64,000 nt of DNA, taken from the NCBI RefSeq assembly GCF_963853765.1, contig NC_088859.1:26288001-26352000 (forward strand). Reading direction: 5' to 3'. Position numbers and translations under genes: made by a program. Below are positions 63,037 to 64,000 of the stretch, piece after piece. This DNA comes from Magallana gigas. Its lineage: Eukaryota. The notes under the pieces were generated by a model. That model had not been told where the DNA came from. It saw only the letters and a program-made list of their open reading frames with translations, and did not search any database. The stretch's first letter is position 1. Every line of letters starts with the position of its first letter.

Positions 63037-63569
63037 TAGCTGCAGGTCTGTAGCTCCTAGTCTGAAAAAATTCGGATGGACGATCTGGGAGCTGCAGTGC
63101 CACCCATTGAAAAAATTGTGTATTTATTGCGCACAAAATATCTTATCTGTGAAAACAATTAGTACCATTAAAGTCTCCATGGAATTTACTACTGATATCA
63201 TCTCTTTATTTGCCTCTGATAATCTTTTAAACACCATCATAAAGTGAAGTTGTGAAGTTTGTTTCTTGTAAAAATGATGACTTGCATTCTCTATGTAAAT
63301 TTAATTACATTCTCGATTTCCGAGGCTGGTAGGGTGCTCCTGAGAAAGTCTGACACAAGTAAAGAGACGACATCAGTAGTAAATTGAATTAGAATTTAAT
63401 GGTAATAATTGTTTTCACAGAAGTTGCATATAAATAAGAGTAATCAGTCCAAAACTAGCACATGTTTTTGTGCGCAATAAATATACAATTTTTTTCAATG
63501 AGTGGCACTGTAGCTCCAAGGTCGTTCATTGAATTTTATTTCAGACCGGGAGCTACAGACCTGCAGCTA
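63037..63569. mobile_element. 533-bp Mutator(MULE)-like non-autonomous element: ~105-bp TIRs and perfect 9-bp TSD
   Basis: ATTGTATTC|TAGCTGCAGGTCTGTAGCTCC ... GGAGCTACAGACCTGCAGCTA|ATTGTATTC (TSD 63028-63036 and 63570-63578). Confidence 0.88.
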
Positions 63570-64000
63570 ATTGTATTCCACATGACTAGAGAATCAGAGT
63601 GTCCAGGGTTCAATCAAGGGCTGCATTTGACAAAAAAATTTTTTTTTTCAATCTTATTAAATGATATCCTCCAAAGGATAAATTTATTAAAAAATAATCA
63701 TTCCAAATTATCTCAATCTCTATTTGTACTTTTTTTGGTTTTAAAGAGAAATGTTTGATAGCTCTGTGTAATGAATTATTAAATTTTACATAATAAATTG
63801 GTCATAAGAAGCAAGTTCCTGTCTGGTTTATTGTGTTTTTTCCTCTCTATTACAGTTTACAAATAATTATTATAAAGCATTGTTCAGGTCATCAAAGAAA
63901 GAAATATGTAAATCTCAAGAATTTTATGTACTGTTATTTATATAGGTTCAAATTACAATTTTTATGGCACCTTTACTCTTTTTTTCTGAATTGAAGAAAA

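Overview
AT-rich, intron-rich eukaryotic (animal) genomic DNA. The B-box/NHL TRIM paralogs and the repeat types suggest a bivalve mollusc such as an oyster (inference). I built the gene models by hand from GT/GC-AG sites and frame continuity. (1) A filamin on + with 15 exons (2224-17871, 833 aa), matching only Ig repeats ~16-24 of vertebrate filamin. (2) A 2-exon uncharacterised coiled-coil gene on - (20462-22045). (3) A complete 23-exon CLCN7 on - (765 aa). (4) A complete 18-exon POLR3E/RPC5 on + (695 aa), head-to-head with CLCN7 with 297 bp between the ATGs. (5) A TRIM cluster: an intronless RING/B-box/coiled-coil gene with no C-terminal domain (-), a divergent RING-less B-box/B-box/CC/NHL gene (+), and a disrupted paralog of the latter. 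The right quarter is dense in non-autonomous DNA elements (TA-, TTAA-, 5-, 8- and 9-bp target duplications) and long palindromes. No rRNA, intact tRNA or CRISPR array was found. The most interesting leads are a possible 'split' TRIM-NHL divergent pair, unannotated-looking filamin microexons and alternative ends (one possibly membrane-anchoring), a CLEAR-like box in the CLCN7/POLR3E bidirectional promoter, and a recurrent class of palindromic elements. All identifications rest on recalled family motifs; no database search was run.
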